DNA from: Podarcis tiliguerta
Lineage: Eukaryota
NCBI GenBank assembly: GCA_965153285.1
Contig: OZ229112.1
Reading direction: 5' to 3' (one strand)
Length of the DNA: 64,000 bases
Below the pieces are notes generated by a model. The model ran no database searches. It saw only the letters and a program-made list of their open reading frames with translations, and was not told the DNA's origin. Positions 44,216-56,600 of this stretch are shown here, piece by piece. The first letter of the stretch is position 1, and every line of letters begins with the position of its first letter. The position numbers and the translations under genes are program-made.

Positions 44216-47200
44216 GGAAAAGGCTTCTTAACTTCAGCTGCTGCTTTCTTGAAATTCTTTGCCTTGCCTGTGCTAGGGGATATTTGATGTTCTGTCAATG
44301 AGCATTCATCATTATGGCATTAGCTTAGTTGGCAGAGTGCTATAGAATTCCAGAGCCATCAGTTCCGAGGAATTAACTCGGAAAGGGTTTATTCTCAAGG
44401 GAAGTCTAATTATAGGTAGTCTTTACCAGTTGCTACTGATGCCTAGAGCTCTTCATTGTAGCTGTGCCTTCCCCAGACCTCATGTGATCNNNNNNNNNNN
44501 NNNNNNNNNNNNNNNNNNNNNNNNNNNNNNNNNNNNNNNNNNNNNNNNNNNNNNNNNNNNNNNNNNNNNNNNNNNNNNNNNNNNNNNNNNNNNNNNNNNN
44601 NNNNNNNNNNNNNNNNNNNNNNNNNNNNNNNNNNNNNNNNNNNNNNNNNNAAGTGTCTACTGGTGGATTATTTGGTGGTCCAAAACACTAATAGCTAGAG
44701 GGACGCGGGTGGCGCTGTGGGTTAAAGCCTCAGTGCCTAGGGTTTGCCGATCGAAAGGTCGGCGGTTCGAATCCCCGCGGCGGGGTGCGCTCCCGCTGTT
44801 CGGTCCCAGCGCCTGCCAACCTAGCAGTTCGAAAGCACCCCTGGGTGCAAGTAGATAAATAGGGACCGCTTACTAGCGGGAAGGTAAACGGCGTTTCCGT
44901 GTGCGGCTCTGGCTCGCCAGAGCAGCGATGTCACACTGGCCACGTGACCCGGAAGTGTCTTCGGACAGCGCTGGCCCTTGGCCTCTTTGAGTGAGATGGG
45001 CGCACAACCCTAGAGTCTGTCAAGACTGGCCCGTACGGGCAGGGGTACCTTTACCTTTTTAACAAAAACCATTCCTGCTGCATTCTAGAACTCAACATCA
45101 GCCTTAGAGTTTTTCCGAGTATCCCTTAGCTGCAGTGCTTATTGCACTGAATGAAAATATGTTCCCGGATAAAATGAAGGACACAATCCCTTTCACTCAC
45201 AGAGAGCACCACACCTCAGGCCATTGGAGTAAATACTGTTCCAAGGCCATCATCACCCCATGCACTTCACCTTGGGGAGTCCAATAGCCTGCTCTTTTCT
45301 AAGCCCTCAGGACATTGGTTACTTCCAGTCCTATTAGTAGTGGTAGTCTGTGCACTAGCGGGTGGAAGAAGAATGTCGCCCCTTAGGTCCTCCATACATT
45401 GTGAATGGTTGAGTGTATTTCTGCAGCGTGCCCAAGGTCATTCACCATGGTAGTGGCATGCATGCCCAGAGGTGGCTTAGTGGGGAGGGTGAAGTTCTAA
45501 TAGACACCTTTGGGGCATCCTGCAGGTGTCTGTCTCCATGACAGGTGAATATAGTGTCCTTTCCCCACCAAGGTCTGTTTCAAACATGCCTTCTCAAGCT
45601 TCCAACTTTCCCTCGGTTGTACAGTTGCTGCCCTGTCCATGTGACCCAAGGATCCATGCATGCTGCTGTGGGGATTTCTGAATCTACTTCCCACTTGGAT
45701 CCAAGAGGAATTCCAGAGTGGGTGCTTGTTGTGTGGTCTGCCAGAACCACCTAGGAAGGGGATACAAACACTCATGCATGGATTAGTGACCACAAGGAAG
45801 CAGTGTTTGATGGTACGGTCGGAATCCATCCTTTAAACACACAAGTAGGTACAGGTACTCACGTTCTCACATGAAGATGGCCAAAAATGCAGATGTTTGA
45901 CGTGAGGATTATACCTTGTCATCAACTCAGATGGCTCCATCTGTCATGGCAATATATTCAGTTATTTATGAAAACGGGTCCAAACTATTAGGGCAGACAG
46001 AAGTGAAACTTGACGGAACACAAGAAGCGGTGTTATACTAAGCTAGGGCAACGTTCCATCTAGTTCATTTTTTTTAATTTTTGCTTTTGTTGTAGAATGA
46101 TATTTTCTATGAGGGGGCATGGAGGTGGTAAGTTGGCACAATTCAAACCCAGTAGCAGGAGAGCCAGATTGGCTCTGCCAGTGTATTTGCACTGCACTGA
46201 GCTGGCTGCTGCCACCTCTGTTCTGGTATACAGCAACAATTCGGAGTGAGGGAGGTCAGGTGATTGGCACTGCTGTAAATGTGTGGGGTGGGTGTAACTA
46301 CATGCAACAGGAAACATACTGGATGTAACTGATAGAATATTAGTTACACAGAGGGTAGATGGTAGCAGTGGCATAGCGGGGTGGTGGCACAGGGGAGGTT
46401 TCCTCAGGCGCAGAATTGTTAGGGGTGCAAAATTTCAGTGTCTGGTGCTGCCTCAATACAGTTGCATGCTTCTTTTGCTGGGCTCCATTGAAAATGGCTT
46501 CTCTGTACAAACCAGGAAGTGACCTCTCCAAACAAAGGAATGACTCTTATTTCCGCAATCTCCTGGGTGACTCAGACACTGAATGTGCATGTGTACTCTG
46601 TCTATTTCTCTCTCTCTATGCGGCCCCGGATACTGGCAACTCATGCTACACCACTGAATGGTAGCCATATCTGGGGGGTGTATTTGTGCTGCATCCTGAA
46701 ATGGGCAAAAACAGGCACAACACACTGTTTGCCTCCTAGCACTGCAGGATGTTGTGTGCAGAGCCGGGAACAGTGCCTGGCCAGGTATTCTGACTTGGAA
46801 GTCTCAGGGTAGCCTACTGTTGCAATGGTACTCATGTCCACATTCTTGCCACATACTTATTCTTTTGGTTATGCACAGCGGTGTTGTGTAAAAGCACTGC
46901 CACTATTACTTTATTCTTAAATTGCAATAATACAAATGTACCTTGTATACATTCTGTAGGAGGGAGTGCTGAATATTTGTATCTAGTTTGCTTCTGTTCT
47001 TCTTTTCCTCTCATCTTTGTGCCTTCATGCTGCTCAGCAGGCATGATGCAATGTATGAAAGCCAAGAGAAATAAGAAGTGCAGATGAAAGAGTATTGTGT
47101 GTGTGTTCAATATAAATATCTCCAAAATCTTTGGTGAATTCAAACACACACCCCACATACTCGGCAGCAGTAGTACCAGATTGTGAAGGGGCAAACTCTG

Positions 47201-47591
47201 TCTCATATATTAAGCCTTCCCATAAAGAAACATCTCTATGTTTCAAAGGAGCAAAGGATTTGCAAAACATTTATTCGGAATTAAGTTATGCTGTTTCCAT
47301 CATATTTACAATCTTGGATGAAAGTCTGCTTAGAAGAGCAGTCTCAATTAAAATTCTAATTTAATATTCTATCTATTGTTGGGTTTAATGGAAGTCCCTA
47401 GGTGTTTTTAAAATGAAAGCTGTTTTTCTAAAAAAAATAAGAAATCAAGAACATCCTGATCTGTCTTCCGGAAATAGGTATTGTGCAGGTAGAAAGGCTT
47501 GGCAGAAATTCAACAAGAGAAGCTTGTCCCACAGTAAAGATGGAGCAGTGGAAATCTTCACCAGCTGAATATTATTATTATTATTATTATT

Positions 47592-47646
<55 letters not shown>

Positions 47647-50600
47647 GCCCATATGGCTGGGCTTCCCCAGCCACTCTGGGCAGCTTCCAAAAAATATATT
47701 AAAATACTGTCCACTGTGCAGCTATTTAATGTACTGAGGCCCCTAGAAGAAGAAAGGTGGCAATCAACAATACCAAGTTTCATTAGCGATAGCTGGAGAA
47801 GTGGTTTGTTAAGTAAATAAGTCAATGAACATGTCTCCTGGCAAGGAATTCTGAATATGAGAGGAAGAGGGAGGGAAGGAGAGGCAGCATTGATGTGCAA
47901 ATGAAAAAAGTAAAAGATGGAATTGAGAGTGAGAGTTAAAATTTGCATTGAAAGGGTAGGAAAACTCATCAGTACACAAGATCATATCATTCAGTGTGGA
48001 ATAATTAACTGCCCCGACAGTGATGCAACCTCTCAGTTAGGTTTTTCAAAGGTCTAAATACCCTCAAATGCCTTGGAGTTAGGGGTTTCCAACTTCCTAA
48101 AATTGGGGAAACCACCCCTTGCAGGGGGAAAAGAGAAAATGACTCTTTTTATTATTATTTCAGGTCAAACACGGTTTGGCATTAGCCTTGTTTGGTGCCA
48201 TGTTTTGTAAAGCAATTTCCATCAAGTGCATGAACCACGATATACCAAGTAGATGACCAGCCAAGGGTGTGAACCTGTTGCCCAGACCCCATTTAGCACA
48301 ATTTTCCTGAGCCCTGAATTCCCAGGCGCAAGCCATGTGGTTCACTTGTCAACTACGGGAGAAGAAGGAATGGCCACAAGAGATTTCTGAGAGCATTAAT
48401 CACCCACCTTGGCTGTCCCCATAACGCCACTTAGGCCCACACTTAAATTGAACTCTGTTTGTCATGCTGACAGCAAAGAGGAAGAGTTGAAATTGTCTGG
48501 TTATTAATTAGTGTTCTCAGAAAAAAAGGAAAGCAGGAATAGTGTTATTTAAAGTCTGTCTCACTACCAGCCCTGACTGAAACACTGGATTTCCTCAAGC
48601 CTCAGACATTGCTCCATTGCTGTAATTTTTATTGCTGTTTTGGTTTTCTTTCCTTCATGTTAAAAAAATTGTTTTTTTAGAATATTTTGGAAAATATTCA
48701 TGGAATAAACTGTTATACATATATGGAGTAAACCACTTGCAGTGCAGTCATATCGCAGCTAGCTCAAAGAACACATGAATCAAATAGATTATGATGTTGC
48801 CATTATGTACAGCGGTACTTCAGTTGTCGAACGTAATCCGTCCCAGAAGACTGTTTGACTTCTGAAACGTTTGCCAACCAAGGTGCAATGGGCGGTTGGC
48901 AAATTCCATTGAGAAAATGGAGAAATGTGCCTCAAAAGCTGTTTGAATTTTGAGGCACGTTTGAAAATGGAAGCATTCACTTGCGGGTTTTTGGCATTCG
49001 GGTTCCAAAACATTCGGCTTCCGAGACGCTTGAAAACTGAGCTTCCACTGTACTTAATTTAATAATTTAGATACTATTTAATACTGTAGTTTCTATGTGG
49101 TGTACAATAAGGATATATCGTACATCATAAAGCCAGTTAAAGTTAACCATAAGATCAGAAAAAACAACACACACTTAAAATGGCTGCTGAAAAGTTCCTC
49201 CCCTAAGCTTTGGAAGTTCAGCAAGATGCAGGAGTTCCAAAATGCATCTTACCTTTCTGCCCCTATCATAAAGGCTTCCCATTTCACTTCAGTAGAGAGG
49301 ATAGCTCCAGATACATAAAGAGACCCATATTGCCTCATCCATTTAATCGAATGGGGAATTTCCTTCCAAAGGGAGCTCTTTATGTGCAGCAGAACATAGA
49401 CATATGAATCCCTGGATCCAGGCAAGGGAATTTTAAACTTACTTATTCCCATGAGTACATTTATATATATATATTTTATAAAATAAAATTATCAAATCAT
49501 GGACAGCTTGTTTGTTAAACGCAAATCAATGCCTCACTGTTTAGGGCATTTTTAAACTGTGTCTACAGTAGCTAATTTTAAGTTTGTTTTTTAAAATCAT
49601 GTTATTTTTATTTTGCGTATAGGGTTTGGTTGGTGAGCCAGGACCTAAAGGAGATCAAGTGAGTACACAAATTCACATTGTCTCGTATGCTTCCAGCAAG
49701 GTTGAAATTATGGAAAATGCCTTATCCTTATTTATAAATAATATGCTTCTTGTTATAATATAGGGAGCTGCTGGTGGAGAAGGGGAGCCTGGACAAAGAG
49801 GCGATCTTGTAAGATCTTTTCACCTCATTCATCCCACACACTTAGCTTTAAAACTGGCAGGTGTTGTTTCATATATAACACAGACAAATGGGTCATGCAA
49901 CTTGCTGTTGAAGAAGCTGCACATTCCACATGAACGAAAAAAGATAGCTCTATAGACATTTGGGTAATATTATTGCATTCCTATATACACTCTGTAGGAA
50001 ATTAAGTTCTGCTGAACTCAACAGGGCTTATTCCTGAGTAGAAACTTATAGGATTGCACATTAGAGGAATACAAAATGTGATCTGATTGCTTTGCCTATT
50101 GTTCAACATTGGACATTCACAGAGCAAATGCCGCCACATCTGACTACTTTGGATCAGTCTAGTGAGGCAGATAAGCCTCTGAGAACATTACCCACTTGTG
50201 TTCTCAGCTCTTCCTACCCCCATGCAACTTGACATTGTTGTGCCATATCAGAGGCAGGGCACAGCCATTAGCGATGTAGTTACAGTTCAGAGGCAGTTTT
50301 AGAGTAGCACAACGTGTGGCCCTGCAGATGTTGCTGGACTCCAGCTCCTAGCAGACCCAGCCAGGATGGCCTTTAGTCAGGGATGATGGGAGTTGTGATC
50401 CAACAACATTTGGAGGGTAACAGGTTCGCCATCTCCACGCCAGAACATACTGAATCTTGAATGAGGCATCAAAATGTTCAACTACAGATAGTACCACTTT
50501 CATGAACAAAACCCCTCATTTTTTTAAAGAAGCCTTTTAAAAAAACAACAAAAAACCCTTTTCATCCTTTTACCCTGCTTCTGTAAGTCTACGTTTTAAG

Positions 50601-53600
50601 TACACCATGAGGTTTCCATTCCCTTTTAGAGTGATATCATTTCTTAAAATATTTAGAAAATAGTACCATATTCATTTTATTTAAAACGTCTTGCGCGTAT
50701 GCCATCCTGACACAATTCATCTTGTTTTGTTAGGGCGACATGGGTTTGCCAGGCCCTAAAGGATCTGTAAGTATGATGAACTGCATTGTTACAGAAAATC
50801 AAAACCTTAATAAATCAGCAGAATATTTCAAACAAGGGGGTGGTTATTTAGCTTTGCAAATGGAGCTTCAATATTTAGTTCCCCAAGCAAGGAAGTTAAG
50901 GCAAATGTGATCCATCACTCATCGTTTTTATTCTAATGCTGTGGATTACTAGAGGGTTTCTTAGAGTGACAAATTTCACCTCTCAGTGTGTGGAGATGGA
51001 GGAGTTTGTGTGTTTCTGCGAAGAGGGGCAAATGAATGAGTCAGTGCGGAACTTCCCAGTGGTTGAGTAGAGCAATCCTTGTGAACTTAAATTTTTATAC
51101 AGGTCATAATCCAGAGTTGAATATCTTCTATGCATCTCACACAGAAAAAAGACATTCAGTCTGGATGTAGAATTTGGCTGCTTAGTATCTAAATCCCCCC
51201 TCCTTTTACCAGAAGTAATTCCATAGCTTTCGTCCATGCTGAGACAAAGATTGGCAGAGGCCATGTTCGAACAATCCTATCTTGGTTTCCTAAGCCATGC
51301 CACAAAGGTGAACCCTGTGCACTTAATGCAGCCACTTTGCTTCTACTTCCACATAAGCTGCAAAACAAGGAAGTCTTCAGTTAACCATAGTGTTACATCT
51401 GAACTGAGAAATCCTATTTAATGTCTTCCAGACAATCCAGGGATGTCTTAATGATGTCCCAATAACCTGCCTTGTTTGGAAGCCATTTTCTGGTTCAGAC
51501 TTAAATCGTAAACAGTACTGAACTGGAGACCTCCTGACTTGCTTACCTACCCAAAGGAGGAGTGAAGCACCTGGGTGATGTCAGTTAAGGATGCACCTAT
51601 GGTCACAGGGCAGCTTGCCCAGAATCCCTGTTGCTATCTGAAAAGATGCAGCTTTGGCTATTGGTGGGCTGTGTGGACCTTGGACATGAATCTAAACGTG
51701 CTTACTTTTAAATAGGTTTTATTTCAAAATGTTTATCCCACTGTCTCAGTGATTCCTCAATGAAGTAATACAGAATACTAGAAAAAGGAGTCTGCCAGCC
51801 CACACTATGCTAATGGGGGTCTTAGTAAAGTTTGGAATGCATTGATTGGAGAATATATAGGGTGCACTGAAATCTTGCAAATTAAAGTTCACCCCAACTT
51901 CTTCAGTTTCCATATCCACCCAATAGATCATTGCAAGATCCTTACCACTTTTGTTATCATCCTAGGGATGAAAAGTTCTGCAACTAGTAACATTGGCGCC
52001 ATAGTTTTCTGTTTGCCTGAGAAGAGAAGTAGTTGCGATTAGTTTTCCCCTGCAGTGGTTTAGAGGCAGCCGTTTGCAAACACTTGTGTTACCAATTCTA
52101 GCTTATCTAATATTTATTTGCTCTGCAGTTATATTTATAGAATACAAAAATGGGGGGGGGGGGATCTTAAAAGCACTTGTAGTTTATGGCCTCCTTGGTA
52201 GTTAAGCTGTTTTTTAAATATTTAATATATTCATAGGATTTGTGCAAAGGCAAAAGTTTAGAATTGCTTCAGGGATTCATATTGCTTAAGTAATGTATCA
52301 CAGTGGAGGTGCCTGTGGGGAAAAGAGAAAGCAAATGCCACTTGCTATGCAGCAGACTCTTCCCTATGTGTTTATTTACTGCACTGCATAAAAATGGTCC
52401 TCCTCTAAAAGAGATCAGGCTCCGCCACTAAAAATAAAGGCAAACTCAAAACCACGGTCCCACATAAGGCTTGTTAAGTCTTTCCTCTTCAGTTGAAATT
52501 GCCCAATCTAGCAGGGGACCTTGTTCAGAATGTCAGGGTGCCATGGCAGCCATGTTAAAAAAAAGAAAAGAAAGATATATAACCATCTTCATTTTACTGA
52601 GCAGCCTTCCCAAGCACTGTGCCATCATTCCACAAAGTACAAATCTGCAAACGTCAACTCCTACTTTTCCACTATGAATGTTGTGGGAGCCTGAGGAAGT
52701 ACACGCAGCAGTTTACTGCTGTATTGAGATACCTGGAACAATGTGGAAGAGTGGCTCACTCTGCAAAAAAAGAAAGAAATAAATCTGTTCACTTCCTGCC
52801 ATCTTTAGGTTGGGAATCCTGGTGAACCTGGGTCACGTGGGCCTGAAGGAAGCCGCGGTTTGCCCGGGATTGAAGGATTACGTGGGCCCCCTGGACCTCG
52901 TGGTTTGCAAGGCCAACAAGGTGCAACAGGCCTGCCTGGCAGCCAGGGCCCAGCTGTAAGTAAGATATCCTTTTGCATGGCTATTTCTGTCACTGCAAGA
53001 ATTATGAATGGGCTTGCAATCAAAATTGCAGGTGGCAATCTATTGCAGATCCCTGCAATCTGTTGGGACCATCTAAATTTTTTGCTGGACGCAATTCTGC
53101 CCAATGTTTACAGAATGCTTATTTGTTTCAGGGCAGAGAGCCAACTGATGCACACATTAAGCAGGTTTGCATGAGAGTTCTGCAAGGTAAATAAACCACG
53201 TTTCTGTTTGTGAACTCTGAATATGAGTTTTTTCAACCAAACACTAAACGTCATGGAGGCAGCTTGAGGCCCTCAAGAGCTTGCATTTGCTGTGTGTGTC
53301 GCCTGCTTTTCTCCTAGCAGCACATTCTTTGGTGGCTGGCTGGCTGGAACCGCTGCTGATTTGGGGTGGAAAACAACTGACATTGGAAGTTTTTGGGTGG
53401 CGGGTTGTCTAGTGTGGTGGTGGTGGTGGTTTTTGTTCTTATTGAAGATTCCCATTCATAAAGAACAGTGTTCCAAGTCAATGGATCGGCGCCTACTTTT
53501 TATAGGGAATAAACGTTTAGATCTAGCTGTTGGCATGATTCTGGGCAGCAGGACAGGAAGGCACAGCACCCAGTCAAAAAGAGGGCAAGGGGGGGGGGGG

Positions 53601-56600
53601 AGAAGCTCCTGCATTCTCCACGACAATTTTCTCCTTTAACACGAAGGCTGTTTCGGCCACAAGCAAAGCCATCAAAGGCAGCCTTTGCCAACCCAAAGCC
53701 CTCCAGATGATAACTCCTACCAGCCCCTGCTGCTACAGCTGCCATTTCAGTGCTATTGCTATAATTAACATGGATCATCAGCAGTTTAAGCAAGATCATA
53801 TGGTTGCACTTTGTGGTGCTCAAGAAGTTGCTTTTGTAAAGCCTTAAAATAAGGTTGTAAGTGTCCGAAGTATGATGTGTCAAATAGACTGTGGTAGAAC
53901 TCAGCTCCCGAATTGCAAACTTTGTCGTAGGATAAAACATGCTAAAGTATGGGCAGCTAATGAGAACTGTGTTCTGTCAGTCATCTGTGCATGTAAACAT
54001 TGCAATAGCATTGATTTTATTCTTGTTTTATAATTTGCTATATTTGTAGCTTTGAATTTATTGCGTCTGTGTCGGGGCGGAGGAAATCTGTGCCCTGCCG
54101 ACAGTGGCTGCTGCCGAGGTCCTCTGGGATGTTGCACTGCTGTATTTCAGCAGTTTAAGAGGCATTATTGCACTCTGTGATTTAATTTGAGGCCTTCTCA
54201 GCACAACTGCTATTTTTTAAAACTGCCCAACAGGGTATATTATTAGTTTCCACTTCAGATTTACCTTCGCTATGAAGATAAATGTTCCCATCTCCTTTTA
54301 TCAAGTTTAGAATGTCCCTATAGGGAAGGGCTGCAGCTCAGTGGTAGAACACATGTCTTGCATGAAGAAGATTCAATCCCCGGCATTTCCAGTAGGGCTG
54401 GAAAGATTTGAGCAGCTGTCGGTCAGTGTAGACAATGCTAAGCTAGGCGGAATAATGCTCTGACTTGGTATAGGCAGATTTCCCTGTTCTGTGAACATTA
54501 GGTTATGTGAGGCCAATTGTGGTGGATTTGAATGGCATCTGATGATTCAGCAGTTGAAGTGTTGCATTTGCAGCTGTAGTAACGCTACTATCCACCTGCC
54601 CTCTGCCACTCGGCCACACTGCCCCGTCTCTGCTCTCCGGCAAGACAGGACGCCCTGAGTAGCCCAGGCAAGCGGGGGTTACGTCTTTTTCAAACAGGAC
54701 AAAATATACTGGTAGCTGCCACCACCCCTTTAACCTGGGGAACTCCAAGCCACAGCCTCAAGGGGAAAGGCTGCGCCTCAAATTAGTACCGGTTTCCCCC
54801 AACCCTGCAGTTTGTAACTACAGGCAGAAATACATACGGTAGGCGTCACAGAGCGTAAGGCAAGGATTAGCTAATTCCCAGAAAGGCACACAACTAAACA
54901 GTTTCTTTTCTTAAAAGATTTATTTTAAAAAAGAAGAACATAATAACACTTGCGAACTTGCAGGCACATCACTTGAGGGTTACAGAAGTAAAATAAGAAC
55001 ATTGTAAAATATAACTAACTTTCTACTTACAGCACACACTTGTTGGTTAGGATAGAAAAGTCTTTAAGTCCGTAAATCAAAAGAACAGCAATTCTCCATC
55101 ACAATAGGCGGCTAATTAGATGTAGATTCTAGCCGGGCTCAATGCGGATTGCATAGCGCGCTTGACCATTCATTTCTCAAGTCTCTTATCCCCAATACAC
55201 ACGTGGGAACGGACCCCCAAGACCAATCATAACTTTAGATTATTTTCAAATTCACCAATGACTGACTTGCTGATTAATCAATCTAACATTAGACAGCTGG
55301 AGCAATTAAGAACCCAGAGCCAGATCAAGGGGTATCCTCCCTTCCTGAGTGGTATGCAGATGTAGCCACTTAGGAGATAACATCAGTGAGAAAATGCGAA
55401 TAGCGTAGGACCCAGGTGTTAAATCCTTCAGTAAATCAGATCCTCCCCTACCATAACTGTTCCTTTTGGACGCCTGTTAGTCTAGGGGTAAAACAACAGA
55501 ATTCCTTTCCCAGGGTCCTTGTGGCTTGTTGGTTTCCCACAAGGCTTCACTCCCTTGCTTGACCAAGGAATGATTTCTTAAGAATATACTAACTTTACTA
55601 CACCCTCCCCTCTAAGATGGAATTATAGGGTAAAGTCCCATAATTCCCATCTCTCTCTATATACATTGAGGTAGTGGTCCAGGCTGGGGAGACAGCAGCA
55701 CCAAAAAAAAATCATTAGCAGCATCCCCAGTCTGATATTTACACAGTAGTAGGACAATAAACATCAGTAGTTCTCCCAACTGAGAATTCAACCATATTTT
55801 TTCATTGAACCGATTGGTACATCCTAGACAAGGTGTCAGCAACTACATTGTCTTTTCCAGCAATGTGGGTGACCTTAAACTGAAAATCCTGTAAGGCCAT
55901 ACTCCACCTGAGCAATTTCTGATTGGATGCTTTCACTCTTTCTAGCCAACAAAGTGGGGAGTGATCAGTTTGAACTTCAAATATATTACCCCACAAATAA
56001 GGCCTTAATTTGGTCAAAGCCCAGACCAAAGCGAAACACTCCTTTTCAATGGTTGAATAATTTTGTTCCCGGGTTATCAATTTCTTACTCAGATAAACCA
56101 CGGGTCGCCAATTTCCTTCTGTATCTTCTTGGAGCAACACAGCTCCTAATCCGGTCTGACTGGCATCAGTTTGTACCACAAACGGACGTCTCTGATCTGG
56201 GGCTAACATAACTTGAGAACTCACAAGGGCATATTTCAACAGATCAAAAGCTCTTTGGCATTCCTCAGTCCACTCCACTTTGACAGGCAGTGATTTCTTA
56301 CAGAGATTGGTAAGAGGAGTAGCCAATGTGGCAAAATGATTAACAAACCTCCTATAGTAATTTACCAACCCTATAAAAGACTGCACATCTTTTTTCACCA
56401 CAGGGCGAGGCCACTCTTGGATGCATTGCACTTTGGCCTCCAGAGATTTGATGTTTCCCGACCCCACTCTAAATTTCATTGGAATCTCTTCTCCTTGAGC
56501 AAACTGACATTGATATCCCTTACTGGTCAGGTTTGCATCTTGCAATCGGGCCAAGACAGTCTGCACATGTTTAAGGTGCTCTGGCCACGATTCAGAAAAA

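Noticed and set aside
44490-44650. Possible missing exon in the N gap
   Set aside because: Exons 30 and 31 join in frame and match the expected consecutive sequence (GDR|GLVGEP)
54503-55365. Duplicated small ORFs (81 and 67 aa) repeated at 59944-60896
   Set aside because: They lie within the two LTR copies, have no recognisable domains and are explained by the LTR duplication
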